DNA from: Paramecium tetraurelia
Lineage: Eukaryota
Reading direction: 5' to 3'
NCBI GenBank assembly: GCA_000165425.1
Contig: CT868656.1
Coordinates: 62,001-126,000 of the forward strand
Length of the DNA stretch: 64,000 nt
Part shown: positions 40,919 to 54,841 of the stretch, piece by piece
How positions within the stretch are numbered: the stretch's first letter is position 1
Layout: every line of letters begins with the position of its first letter
Made by a program: the position numbers and the translations under genes
Notes under the pieces: model-generated
What the model saw: only the letters and a program-made list of their open reading frames with translations
The model's database searches: none
Told to the model about the DNA's origin: nothing

Positions 40919-42186
40919 ATGTCTTATAAGTCTAGATATGAATCGGATGATTTAAAAGAAAAACAAACCCATTGTCAGCAAGAAACAGACGTAACAAAGG
41001 CTTAGAGAGAGAATTCTAAATAAATAAAAAGTGAAGCAAATAAGACTCCTGAAGAATATCAAAACATCTAGGAATAAGGGAAGGGTTTCTTTTATTTACT
41101 CCTTCTTATATAAGCACTAATAATTCTTGTTTCCTATTATATGTAGATGGAACACTTCTATTACAATTCAACTGAAGGACCTAAGAGCGATAGTGCTGCT
41201 TTTAAAGAATATTGTAAGAATACTAAATATTGTAAAAAAATTATTTAAAATGATGGCAATAGAAGTGAGATATATTAAATATTGAACTATTGGCCTAATC
41301 AATATCATTGGGTTTCTTTAATTGCCTATCCCTTATTTTTATTGATCCAATATATCATTAGAGACATACGTTTCTTGGTACATAGATATTTAATTTATTT
41401 AGAGGAAAATTGCATTTTTATTTACATTAATTTCATATCCATGTTTATTTTTGTTTGTGTAGATACTTTTAGTATACATTAGAAATTATTTTGGTATGAA
41501 AAAAAGATATCATAATAGAATATTATATAGAATAATTATAGGCTGTGTTTTGGATTTATTTAGCAAGTGTTGTTTTCTTCATGCTTAATCAATATGTCTT
41601 AAAGATTAAAAATTTTGAAAATGAGAAAATAACATACTTGACATTTTTGGCATTTATTGTTAATGTTTTATACAATAAGTTCTCTTAAACATCAGGCAAT
41701 TGGACTTTTTATATATTAACAATTGTTTATATACAAACTTATTTAAACCACATAGATGCTAATTTATTTGAAGTAGAACTTAATTCATATTATAGCATAA
41801 CAAATATATTGAGGAGAATAAGACGCTAATTAGAATAATATTTAATAAAATATTGAAACCATTAAAGGTAAAAGGGATTAATAGAAACTAATTCGATAAT
41901 CATATTGTCTTAAATAAAAAGTTTACTATTTTTTACGTTATAATAATGATATTAGTTTATTATCTTGTGTCCATATTTTAATAAGAATGGACAGTAATAA
42001 TATTAGTTAGTATCATATCAAATTTGTTTTATTGGATACTTCATTAGTTTCAACAGTATTTAATAATGATTAATTATTTAGACTACATTTTTTACTTACG
42101 ATGATCAATGGTTGGCTGCAAATTTATTCTTTTTAGATTTTTTCTTGCCAATTAGAAATACCCTAATGTTGTTATTTTTAGATTGA
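40919..42186 (+). CDS. Multi-pass membrane protein, divergent Bax-inhibitor-1/TMBIM-like (copy 2)
   Basis: C-terminus LLDTSLVST|...DDQWLAANLFFLDFFLPIRN; same last-intron position as copy 1. Confidence 0.65.
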
Positions 42187-42448
42187 CATAGTTATATTTA
42201 ATTGATAACTAATTATTTCGTTATTTAATAAATATATAAGAAAATCTGAGAAATAATTAATAAATAAATGAAGAGTTATTAATATTTATGTGAAATACCT
42301 ATAAAGAGTACTTTTTTCTCTATAAAAAATTTCTCTTCAATCATCTATATTCTCCATAAAAAATCTACAAATAAAAAAGATTTCTTCTAGTTTCCAGTAA
42401 TATTAAAGAATGATCCTTATGCGTATGAATTATATTTTATTTTCTTTA

Positions 42449-43504
42449 ATGAAAGTGAAGAACTATTCAATCTTTAGTAAAAGCAAACAGTAACAATATC
42501 GAATATGTGAAATAATCCCTACTATCTGTGGAGTGAATGGTATTACTTATATACCAGATGAGAAACCCATATTGATGCAAATTTCTTAATGTACATGCTC
42601 TAATAAGAAAATCAACATTTCAAATTCAACCAAATGGAGTCAGAAAGATAGAATTCGTTCTTATTCTTAAGTGATTCAAAGGCCCATAACCAGAAAATCT
42701 ACAAGAATGCTTACATAAGTTAAAGAGAATACACCTCCAAAATTTTTAACATTAAGGGTCTCAGCTAGAAGATGGTGCGCTTTTCAAAACAACTCAAAGT
42801 TTTATGGTGTTAACGAAAATATCAAATGTGAAGTTGGATGCTTAACTAAATTGATGGCGATTTATACTATATTATAATTATGTTAGGACTACAAAATTAG
42901 ATTATAAGTACCTTATTATGCAGAAAGTGTTCCAGAACCTAAAGCAGATTTAAATTCCTATAATTACTTTACTCTCGAATAACTTCTTTATGCTCTTATT
43001 CTTAGAGGGGGTAATGATGCTTTATGGAGTATTGTAAGTGGATTAAGCGAAAAACTATACGGAATAACTTAAAGAAACCTAATAAAAAACAAATTTCTTG
43101 ACTTATATAATAGGAATGCGTAACAGCTTAAAATGAATAATACTAGATATACAAATTTAGAAGGCTTAGCAGATCCAAATAATGTAACTACTGCAAATGA
43201 TCTGTGTCTACTTTGTGATTAATTATTGAAGTTTGATATATTTAAAAGAATCTTAAAAACTAAGAGTTACACCTGCAGAGCAACATTTGAAAATGGAGAT
43301 CTATCAACTGTATACACATGGAAGAATAGATAATTCTAATTTATGAAAAAAAGTTTTTATGGATTTTAAGGAATAAACAATAATAGTGGGCCTTGTGCTT
43401 TGCTTTTACCAGAGGCTGACACAAATTAAATGTTTGTTATACTTTTAAAATGTAATCCTAAATAAGAAATTGTAGACGCTCAAATGATAACCAAATATTA
43501 ATGA
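42449..43504 (+). CDS. Peptidase S11 (D-Ala-D-Ala carboxypeptidase / PBP5-like) fold protein with altered active site
   Basis: VSARRW, EVGCLTKLM, LEQLLYALILRGGNDA, NRNAQQLKMNNTRYTNLEGL, TTANDL, WKN, SGPC follow the S11 motif order. Start codon uncertain. Confidence 0.78.
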
Positions 43505-43979
43505 TAATGTTTTTTTATAATTTCATTTTCTTGTAATCGTTAATTATGTAATTATCATAAATAAATCTAATGATTAATAAATAAAACATTCAATAGTCAG
43601 ACTATTATTTTTTAAATATTTATTTATGATTATATTAATTTAGTAATAATGAATTGAAAACAATAATCTAATAAATTCCTTCTTTATAAACTCATTACTA
43701 TTGAAGTATTTTAGATTAAACATTAATAATAAAACAACGTTAATTCAATCATATTTTCAGGAAAGGAGAAAATTCTATATTTTTTTCAAATAATCTACCC
43801 AATTAGGTTCTTATTTTATGAATTATAAATTAAAGTATTGAGGCTTATATTTACAATAATTTATATTTTTAAAGTAGAGAATAGTTGAAAATGTCTTCTA
43901 CTTTAGTAATTCAATATTAAATTTTTTAAAAAATAATTAACTAACATTCACATAGAAATATTTATAATATAAATAATTA

Positions 43980-45492
43980 ATGAGGCCCAATCATCCTTAC
44001 ACTATAACATTCCCGATATGGTAATGTGATCAATGGACTGCATTAAGAGGACGGCTGAAGCTATCAGATGAATAAGTTATCATTGCAAGATGGAATAATA
44101 CTGTATATTTAGATGAAGAATTGGCCTTTTTTGATTCTCAACATCGTATTAAGCCATAAAGGGAAACCAAGATGCTCAAACCTCAGATTAGTTTGCTTCC
44201 TTCGATATTATAGATAGTTAGGACTAATACATACACAGATGTTTTAATTGAGAATGTGACTTAATGGTTTTTAACAAATGGAGATCTCTCAAAATTATTA
44301 TTAATTTATTTTGGCTATGACCTTTATACTGGATGTTCTCCACGTGATTGCACTCTAGACAATATAATTAAGAATGATGATTCCATAGTTATTCTAGATT
44401 TTGGTTTGAGGAAACGTACAGAAAAGTATTGCATCTATTGGAATCCTCTAATTCTAAAAGGCAAGCCTTATCGATCCTCTTATTAATGGTCCTTAGGAAT
44501 TATGTATTTAGTTATGACTTAAGGGACTTACATTTTGAATGAAGTTTAGAAGCATATAAATGAATGGTTGAAAGGGGGAAGATTGGACATCGGTTCAATG
44601 ATAACCAATAAAAAGTAATCAGTCCAAAATTTAATATCTTCTCTTTTAGATCCAGAGAATCCAATACCTTGGAGTTAAATCCCAAATCATCCAGCATTTA
44701 GAGAGGACAATGTTTGTAAATAAATTCTCAAGGATTTTTAAATGAAATCCAATAGAACTGAATTGAAAGGTCGATCTACATCAAGAATGAGTAGTAGAGA
44801 TGAAAATAGCAATTAAATTAGTATCATGCCTTGTCCTTATGGATTGAAGAATCCAAAAACTTGTGATTAAAATATGCTTAATCAATCACTTATTACAAAG
44901 GTTAGCAATTTGTATAAAGCACATCAAGATAAAGTTCGCAATGCTCTAGGGAACTCTTATTCATCTTTATATAATAGACATGCATCCACATCATAATAGA
45001 GTCGATAAATACTTTCAACAAATACTAGCACTAATAGATTTAATAACTTTTTAAATTCAACTAAAATATTACCTAAATCCTAAATTAAACCACAGAATCT
45101 AGGATTTAGAACTTTTAGAAATCAAACTTAAAATAGCACTTCAAATGTAGGACCTGATTCTCAACGTAAATCTGGAGAGATCATATAAGATAATAGCAAT
45201 TAAGTTCCTTAAAAATAGGATTGCTTTTATGAAAAAATAAGATCTAGGGTTACATCAATAAAAGGCGATACAATTAAATTATAAAAAAAACCAAGAAATA
45301 GTTCTACCCACTCAATTCTGTAAGAGTAGCAGAATAAATAGTAAAATCATTAAAAAAAGGTATCAAACGATTAAGAGGAAGTACAGGAAATTTATTAGTA
45401 ATATGAAATATTGAATGATTAATAATAAAAATAAGCATTGCAATAACAATAACAATAAACATAATAATAATAATAATAATAATAGTAATAAC

Positions 45493-45541
<49 letters not shown>

Positions 45542-45760
45542 GTAATAACAATAACAATAATAATTATAACCATAACAACCACAAAAACAACAAGAACAGT
45601 AGCAGGAAAAACAACAACTTCAGCAATAACATCAATAACAATAATAATAAGAATAATTATAACAATAACAACAAAAATAATAATAAATTATTAAGTATTG
45701 TGATTTAGATGAATAACAATAACAATAATAATTATTATCAATTTAATAAAAAAAATCTTA

Positions 45761-45793
<33 letters not shown>

Positions 45794-46520
45794 GTAATCT
45801 TAAACTCAAAATATTGCAAGTAATCCAGATAATTACATTTAATTAATCAAAAGAAATACTTCATAATAACAACTATTTTCACAAAAATACAATAGATCTT
45901 TGGATGCTATTAATGTAATTGGCTAGACTGTTGCAAAATGCTTAACATTTTTTAATGGATTACAAAATTTTTGGGTTATTCCTCTATTTTTGGTTTTTAA
46001 GCGGATGCTACAATTAAGAATATTGATTGAGAATTTATTATAGTAAAAAGTAAATTCATTTAATATTGATGGCTGGGAAGAGTTAATATCAACTCCAGAA
46101 TATGAAATTTATTTAAATAAGGTTAAATAAGATAATTAACTGGTTTAAAGTGAATTAAGTTTATTATTAAATTCTGCAAAAGCAAAAGCAGAAAAATTAG
46201 ATAAAAATAGAAGAGAGAAAGTAGAATGGTTTTTAAATGATGATTTAAATGATAAAATAAAGGATGTATGTAATACGTACTTTCATGGATAAATTTACAA
46301 AAATATTAAAGACAGAAAGGGAATTGCCAAACCAAATATAGAATGGTTAAAATTAGAAATCTAGGCTTAAGCTTCTCTTATCATAAGTGAATTGCCTATT
46401 TTGACTTGTGATAAAGAAAACTTCTCTTATGAACAGTATTAATCAGCTCTTGAGTTAACAGATGAAGAATCAATTTACTAATACTTAAAAAAAAATGAGC
46501 ATTATCTCGAACGTAGATGA
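43980..46520 (+). CDS. Divergent protein kinase (likely pseudokinase) with long poly-Gln region, 846 aa
   Basis: PRDCTLDNI, ILDFGL, YWNP, WSLGIMY, HPAF. Intronless 2541-nt ORF in the ciliate code. Confidence 0.82.
45420..45800 (+). repeat. (TAA/CAA/TAG)n trinucleotide repeat encoding poly-Gln
   Basis: 34 consecutive Gln codons at 45462-45563 in the kinase frame, mostly TAA. Confidence 0.9.
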
Positions 46521-46547
46521 AACTAATTCTTAGTTTAATTATTATAT

Positions 46548-47520
46548 TCATTTATATTGAATTTAAATATTAGAGACTTCTTGAAATTTTGGTGAACTAT
46601 ATTTTCTTTGTATTGCTTATAATGACATAATTTTTGCTTGGCACAATTATTAACAAATTTCTTTTGCCACTGGCCTAATTTAACTCTCAGTATATTGTGA
46701 ATGCATTTCTAAATAAGTAGGCCAACAATTTTAAGATCTATTTATTTATTTAATTTCTATACTTTTTATAAATCTTTTATACTAAATATAGTACACTGGC
46801 TGCTTATAAACTTGGGTTGTATTATATAAATTTATGATCCAACAGCATTAATTCGAGAATATATTTTCCTAATTAGTATGACTTTTAATCTAGTTATACT
46901 AATTGTTGATATCTCTCATAGAATTAATGTTAATTCGTAAAACAAATTTCAAATTGCAATTACATTAATATTTTACCCTCCATTTCTAAGATTTCTTCTT
47001 TTGTGTAGGTTTTGTCTGTGACATCTGAGAAATAGTTTAGTTTTGGAGGGTAGATCTCACAATATTTGGATGCTATGAATAGAGCTGACACTCCAAGCAA
47101 TTGAAATTTATTCCTTGATATTTGAATTGACTATAAATATGCATCAATTATGTAAATAGTTAGGTATAAAGTATCTGAAACCAAATTAAATCTGTAATGT
47201 ACATCAACTAACCAATCTATAAGTATTGATCTCATTTTATAATTGATTTCTATTTGTTTGTCAATATATGTGTGATCAAGTGCTTGGTCCTTACTTCTGC
47301 AATATTTAAAAATATCTTTAGCATAAGCAGATACAAATTAAGGATTGTTATTATTCTTATTGTCAATCTAATCTAATTCATCAATTTTTATTCTTTGAGT
47401 TTAAGATTATGATTTACTTTATCTAAAATTAGATAAATCCTTTCCAAAACATCTCTCCCCCATACTTAGACGAGGCACTCTACTTTTTTATCCCATATCA
47501 TTTTCATCGATGTATTGCAT
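46548..47520 (-). CDS. Mitotic (A/B-type) cyclin
   Basis: D-box-like RCFGKDLSN; cyclin box MRSILIDWLVDVH, FQLLGVSALFIASKYCEIYPP, YTKEEILEMEG; one 25-nt intron. Confidence 0.93.
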
Positions 47521-47613
47521 TTAGAAATTTGAATAAATTAATATTACAGTTAATAATTATATTAATATATACTTTTTATAATTTATCAAATTTAATCAAA
47601 TAAAATCATCTAA

Positions 47614-50411
47614 TCAATCATTTGGACGGTAATATGAATCATGAAAAATCTATATCTCATCAGCTACGTATTTATTTGCAATGAATTCAGGGAAACTTTT
47701 AGTTTCTGAATTGAATTCTTTATGATATTTAATTAAGAAGCCAAGTATTTTTATTCCATCTTGTAAACCTGCATTCCCACTCACCTTTTGATATGATTCA
47801 TGTTGACTTTTTGATAAAAATTCAACACAAAACCGATTATTTAAAGATTTTTCATTTTAAATGGAATTCAATATCTTTTCATTATTTGAATTAATCATAG
47901 ATTTGACAGAGTTTATCATAGACACAACCAAGTCATTATTATCTTTCTTTTTTTTACATATTTTCTAATTATGCCAAAATTGCATAATAGGAAACAATGT
48001 GTCATCAATTAAAGTTAATTTCATATCGTAGGATTTACCAATCAATTCTTTTAATTATTCAAAGTGCTTATCTAAAGTATTGAATCTTTTTTTTAAATGG
48101 GCTTCCATCAAAGTTAACAATGTTAAATATTTTTCATTTTGCTATTTATCAAAATCTGGAGATTTAGGATCGAGTTAACAACTTCCAATAAATGTAATCA
48201 AAGTAAAAAGGAGACTGTTTCTATACTCTTATAAAAATGACTTTTCATTAGTTATATTATCTAATTGCAATTTCAATTTATAAATACCTAATGCTTATTT
48301 ATACACACTATTTGAAGGATTTATCTTGACTGCCTATTCAAAAGCCTTTTGGGCATCTTCAATTTGTTTATCTTATTTATATACATTTCCAAGTTGAAAA
48401 TAAGCTTCAGAATTTTTAGGGTTTTAACTAATGCAATTTTGATAGCCATCGATGGCTTCATCAAATTTCATTAAAAATTAATTGGCAGTGCCTATCTATA
48501 CAATTAATAATATTAATACAATGAAATAGACTTGCTCAAGATTGTCCTTTCCAGTTTTAAGATATAAATTTAATTATTTTAATGCTTCCACATATTCTTT
48601 CTTTTAATTGTAACAAAATCCAAGGTAATAATTAAGATTTTAAGCATATTCGCTATTTTTCAACTCTAAAAATATATCAAATGATTCATTATAGTTTTTT
48701 TAATTAAATAATATAGAACCTAATGATTATATTAAAGTGCACCTTTTTCATATAAGTATTATTCATTGGTTGTATCAATACTTAATATTTTTTCATAAAT
48801 TTCAAGTGCTTTTTATTCTTTCTTTGTAATTTTATACATTTATGCTAACAAATCCAAGATTTCTAAATTTTAAGGGAATTTAGTTAATCCATCATTCAAA
48901 CAAATGATGGCATCTTCATATTTTTTTTATGCTTAAAACAACCTCCCTAAATAAGAATTTAGTATACCTCTAATAATAAATATTTTTGAATCATTCTAAT
49001 TTGATTATGATTATAAATATTCGTAAATCTTTGATGCTTCTTAAAGTCTATTCAGTTTTATTAAAGTAGAGGCTAAATAAAATATTTTGGATATTAACCT
49101 TTCTTCTCCAAAAATTCAAAGTTTGTTTCTTTCGAAAGGATCAATTCATAGCATTTCAAAACTTCTTCGCTTTTGTTCATATATTCTAAGATTTTCACTA
49201 GATCCATAGAATGAATGTTGATACCCTTTTCTTTTAATGCATCTAAGTCATTCTGTTGGATGCTGAGAATTTAATTCAGGGTTACAAGACCACTTGCTTA
49301 TTATTTTAATTCAATTTATATTTAAGCTTTTAATTTTAGTGCATCTAATTGAACAGGGTCTTTTTCCAAAATCTAATTTAAGAGACTCAAAGCCAAAGTG
49401 TGCTGTTGACCTACTTGCAGATTCCTTACTATAATCTTAGTATTAGATTCAACCTTCTTTCAATTAGTCTTCAACAGAAATGGACTCCAATGGAACCGGT
49501 GGTTACTTTAATTAATTTTATTTTTTGCTTTCTTGTTTGCAATTTAATGCATATTAATTTTAAGCATCTAGTTTAAGAACTACATCACATGCTTCCTCCA
49601 TCTTATCATATTATTTTTAATGGCGATATATATATGCTAATTTAATAATTGAGTATTAGATACCTAATACTTAATAGCCATCGATATATTGAGGATCAAT
49701 TTTGAGGGCTATTTAAACTGCTTCCAAAGCTTTATCAAATTATTTTAAATCTGATAAGGTAGTCGCTTTACTAACATAGAAATGTTTTTGATTTGGGTCT
49801 TATTTTATCGCCATATCAAAATATTGGATGGCCTCGGTTTTTCGCTTTAATCTTGCTAAAACATAGCCTGGGGGTTTTGATTAAAATGTACAATGTACCT
49901 AAACCATAGTTTAAGTCTGGTATATTTGGATCAATCTGGAATCCTTTTTCCAAATTCAGTAATGCTTCATTGTACTATTTTTCTTTGATCATTAAACTAG
50001 CTGAGGGATAAAACATTAGAGCATACCTAATTCATTGAGAGCAAGAGCATGGTTTGGTTATTTCTCAAGGGAAGTTAGAAAATATTTCTTTGCCTTGTCC
50101 AACTTATTTTAACAAAGTTCAACAATACCTAATAGGAAAATAAATTGAATGACTAACCCTTTGAATAAATAGCATTTACGAAATCAGGATCAGTTTCCAA
50201 AATTCGATTTAATAACTAGGTAGATTGCTCGTATTTCTCATTTTGTATGAGATAGTTTGCTATTATTTTATAGCCGTAAAGAACCTCTTCTGTATAACTT
50301 GGTGATATCTGTGTGGCCTTCAGAAATCGAACTAGTTCTTGAATGAATTTTCGATGAATTTAATTATTCTGTTTCTAAGACATTCACTGGCTTAACAGAT
50401 CCGCAACCCAT
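47614..50411 (-). CDS. Large TPR-repeat protein with MGCGS acylation motif
   Basis: Many TPR units (e.g. AIDGYQNCISQNPKNSEAYFQLGNVY); introns often interrupt the TPR Gly codon. Confidence 0.88.
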
Positions 50412-50523
50412 TAATAAATATTAAAAAAACTGATTTATTTTATGTGTTCAATCAATTAACCATGTAAATAGTTTGTAAAATAACTAATGTTATTATAAAT
50501 TGATGTATGAATAATCAAAGTCT

Positions 50524-51524
50524 TCATCCTAAAATTGGGAAGGATGGAGCAGCACAGATACCGCAAGTATCACCTCCGGCAAGTCTGATGTGACCGGCTT
50601 CACCCCAACTAGATCCCCATGAGTTTCTGATCTTCCAAGCTCCATCAGCTTAGACACCAACAAGGACGACTCCGTGGTTTAAGTTTTTAGTACATTTGGA
50701 GAGGACACCACTTCCTAAAAAATTAAATTAAAATAATTACTGTAGAATTACCATGGATTGGCATCAACGGCAACAGAGACTGTTCTTTCTTAAATAGCTT
50801 AGGCTAATTCATCACATGAGTCAATATCAGTGAATCCTTAGACGTGAGTGTATGGTCTTTTAACTGAGGTCTTGCAGGTTCCATCTTTAGCAGTGTATGG
50901 ATAATCTTTAGCTTCAGCCAAACCGTTGTCAGCAACATATTCAAAAGCAGAATCCATCCATCCACCATTACATCCTTCGTTATCATATGGTCCTGAGCAG
51001 TCAACCAAATCTTATTCAGATAATTCGTATTTTTTGTTGAGTTCAATGTCAGTGTTGATTTCAAGTGCTCCGACTGCGGAGAAGGCCCAGCATGAACCGC
51101 ATGATCCTTAGTTCTTAACGGCTGGATACTTAACCTTCTTATTGTCAGTCCAATCGACTTCAGCACCCTTGTATTAGAAGTTAGCATTTGAAGCATTGAG
51201 TTTGGCTGTCTTTGGAACTCTGAGACTCAAATAGGTTGAGGCGAATTCTTATTGGCTCATATCAGCAAATTGATTTAATTCCAAAGTGTATGTGGCTGAT
51301 TCTGTACTATCTTAGAAAGCTCTGATGTAGTTAAGATTGTCTGAGAAAACCTTGAATCTGTACATTTCATCTCTTTGGCTTGTATATCTTCTGTTATATT
51401 TCATCTTCCAGTTTGCATAAAGATTTGCTGTATCGATTTCATCAGATACTTCTTAGGTGTTGTTTAAGTAGAGGCTAGCTCCCAACAACATCATTAAACC
51501 GACTGCCAATAGTGTTTTCTCCAT
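50524..51524 (-). CDS. CATL: Cathepsin L (papain family C1A cysteine protease)
   Basis: Signal peptide and I29 propeptide ([15 protein letters not shown]); [25 protein letters not shown]; one 26-nt intron. Confidence 0.96.
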
Positions 51525-52724
51525 TTTCAATATATATTAATATAATTAGAATTTTGAATGGCATAAATATTATTCTACGATGACGTAATTATTACTTCCT
51601 TAATCACGCATATAAATATAATTAATTACGTCTTTATAATGTTATTCAGTTTAATTTCAGTTTATTTACTTTTTCTTATAATATGCTCTCTCTTGCTTTT
51701 ACATCTAATTGACCTTACATATTAAGATGAATGTTTGAAAAAAATATATTAATTTATTCTTAAAAATACTTAATATTGTCAACTAAATATAAATTGATAT
51801 TAAAGTAATTTAATATCATCTTCATTTATAAATGATTGTTTTAGGAATAAAAAAAAATAATCTCTAACCTCATTTTGAAAGTCATTTTTTATTTAACCTT
51901 GTTTTATAAAATTTTAGATTATTTAATAATATTAATTTATGTTATTATAGTGTATAAGTTATATGATGATGATATTCAAAATGGCTTGTATTATCTGCTT
52001 TAGGTAACAAATAAACTAAATCGTTTATTCTAACTATGATTGAACATGAAATTATTGATCTTTATCTCCTTATAGAAATTATTTTATTTTGTATTGAGTA
52101 ATACAAATTCGTTTTCTGTCTACTTTTTTTTCATCTAATTATCAAATTAAAATAATCAAAATGATATCATAATAGATTGTTCAGTTAAAGAATTAACTTA
52201 TTTCTTTGCAATATCATCTTAAAAATGGAGAATTCTTGTATTAACTTTTCAATTATTCCATTTTCATAGTAAGAAAATTATCATTATTAAGAATTTTTGA
52301 GATGATAATCATAAGCACTCTAACAAAATATTTATCAACATAGAATGATTCTTAGTCTACTTTTTATAATATAATGATTATATTTTTTGATTATCTTGCT
52401 ATATTTTAAAATATTCCTAAAAATTATTAATTGTGAAATCTTCTGCGATTTGGATCTTTTGTTTTCCTACATTTTCTATTAACTACTTGAGATAGTAGTC
52501 ACTCTCATCAATAATATGTTGAATTGGACATTAGTAATTAATACTAGTAATACTAATTTATTCATGAAATAAAGAGGCTATTCTTCAATGATCAATTTGA
52601 ACAACAAGTAGAACAGCGCTATTTATAGGATGATATATGAAATTTTCATTAGGTTAAATTGATTTGAGTATTAGGAAATATATATAAGAAATAATGAATA
52701 TAAAAAATTTCATTTAAATTATTT

Positions 52725-52940
52725 TCAGTGTGCTTGAGATTCTTTCCCCTCATTTGTAGGCTAGGAACTAAGGATTAAAGCTTAATTTTATTTTTCAAAA
52801 TATTGGTGCTTGCCAGCTGGACAAAAGGTTTGATTAGATGGGAGATCTATGATGTGCATAGAGGAAGGCAAACTAGGTGGGGGACTGTCAATGATAATTA
52901 TCAAAGAAGTTCTTTATGGTTTTGCGGATATACATCCCAT
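52725..52940 (-). CDS. 71-aa microprotein with MGC myristoylation/palmitoylation motif
   Basis: MGCISAKPQRTSLIIIIDSPPPSLPSS...ESQAH*; GC-richer than its flanks, with AT-rich borders. Confidence 0.6.
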
Positions 52941-53047
52941 TTATTGTATAATTATAATTGAATTTATATTTGGCAATTTTACATGGTAATACAAACAATT
53001 CGAGTTTATGATAAAATAATATTAATTGTCTGTTAGAATTTTACCAT

Positions 53048-54841
53048 ATGTCTCAATTGTTAAAACCTATATCAGCTTCATCCCCTTCCAAAACCAGAAG
53101 TGCATTGTCATAACACACATAATCAAAGAGTCCTCATTACAATGAGGCCTAATAAGGTAATTTGGTAATTATATAAATGAGGTTCTACACTTCAAAAGTC
53201 TTAGTAGAGTTTGCGAAATTCTCATTATACCAGTAAATTTGAGAAGAGCATTGATATGGATATGAAACAGAGTAACAGTTTTATTAACCCTGAATTCGAA
53301 ATCAAGAAACTCATGAACTTAGTTGAATTGCAATAACATGAAATAAACAATTGGAAGCGTCGATATGAACAAGCAGAATAACGAGTATCTTATTAGTGTT
53401 TGTCCAACAATACAGCTTAAGCAATGAAGGATTATGAAAATCATTTAGATTAATTAACAAATGAACTCAAAAATTACAAGTCTATTAACGATGATTTAAT
53501 TAATAAAATGAAAGAAAAAGACTCTCAGATTGAGAAGTTGAATAAACAATAAGATATCTACAAATAATAGTTGAATGACTACTAGTCTGAATTAAAGTAT
53601 GCATAGAAAGAAAAAGTTAATTTGGATTAAGATGCTTCTAAACAATTATATTAATAAGATCAAAGATACAATAAGAATTTGAAAGAAATTCAGTAGACTC
53701 ATTTTGAGTAAATGTAAATTATGGATGATTAAGTCTAAAAATTGTAAGATGAATTGATGAGAAGAAATTAAGTAATTGAATTTTAGAAATAAGAAATAAT
53801 GTAATTAGATAGCATCATTAATGAGATTAAAACAGGAGAAAAGACTTTGATTTAATCATTAGATACCTATAAACTAAAATATTAAGATTTAGAGGTTGAG
53901 AAAAGGAAGGAAATTAATAAGTAGAATTAAACCTTCGAATAAACCATCAAATAATAAGAGAAAGAATTTTTGGATGAAAAAGAATGTCTGATTCATAAAA
54001 TTAGTTAATTACAATATGAAATTGCTACATTAAACTAATAACATTAAGAATCATAAAGTAAAATTTATATTAATTTAAGATCTAATCTCAGGGTTATAGG
54101 ATGAAATTCAATCATAAGTGGAGTAGAATTGTTATCTCTAAGAGTAACATCAAAATAGTACATAAGATTTAGAATTAAAGTATAAAAAAATCATTTAGGA
54201 ACTTAAAATTGATTATGAATAATAGAAAATTAAATTATCTTAAGAGAATTCAAAATTAAATTCTTAATTGGAAATTACTTCACAATAACTTAGTGAATAT
54301 TAAGAATTGAATCAAGAATTATAGAATACTTTAGATACTCTCAACTAACATAATCAAACCTAATCAGAGCAATTAAACAGATTACAAAATGAATTTGAAT
54401 AATTACAATCATAATACGAAAATGATATAACTGAATAAAACTATGAAATTTAACAATTAAATGATTAAATTGAATAACTTACAGAACTTTTAGAGTAGAG
54501 ATCAAATGAACTTGATGATAACAGATAGTTGAGAGGAGAATTGGCATTAAAGAATAATGAAAATCATGTAAATTATATCTGTAATATCATAGCTATTAAT
54601 TCAGAGATTATAAAATGAATTAGAATCTTTAAAGTAAAAACTGATTGATTTGTAAAAACAGCATCAAATTCAAGGATAAGTCAAACAGGAAATAAGTAAA
54701 TCACAATTTGAATAAATGAAAAGATAAATGGAGTCAAAAATTGAATTACTAGAAACTGAGAATAAAACCATATTGTATAAATTCGAAATGAAATCAAGAG
54801 AGTGTGAAGAATGGAAGCTGTAGCATAATAAAAATTTATGA
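53048..54841 (+). CDS. Long coiled-coil protein
   Basis: MSQLLKPISASSPSKTRS...; Q/E/K heptads; three to four introns; ends KSRECEEWKLQHNKNL*. Confidence 0.8.

Noticed and set aside
45304..45708. ORF-track poly-Ile, poly-Leu and poly-Asn proteins
   Set aside because: These are alternative frames and strands of the (TAA)n repeat; the real frame is poly-Gln within the kinase gene.
51900..52600. Coding-like minus-strand fragments
   Set aside because: Frames switch and contain TGA; I could not assign a family or a coherent gene model.
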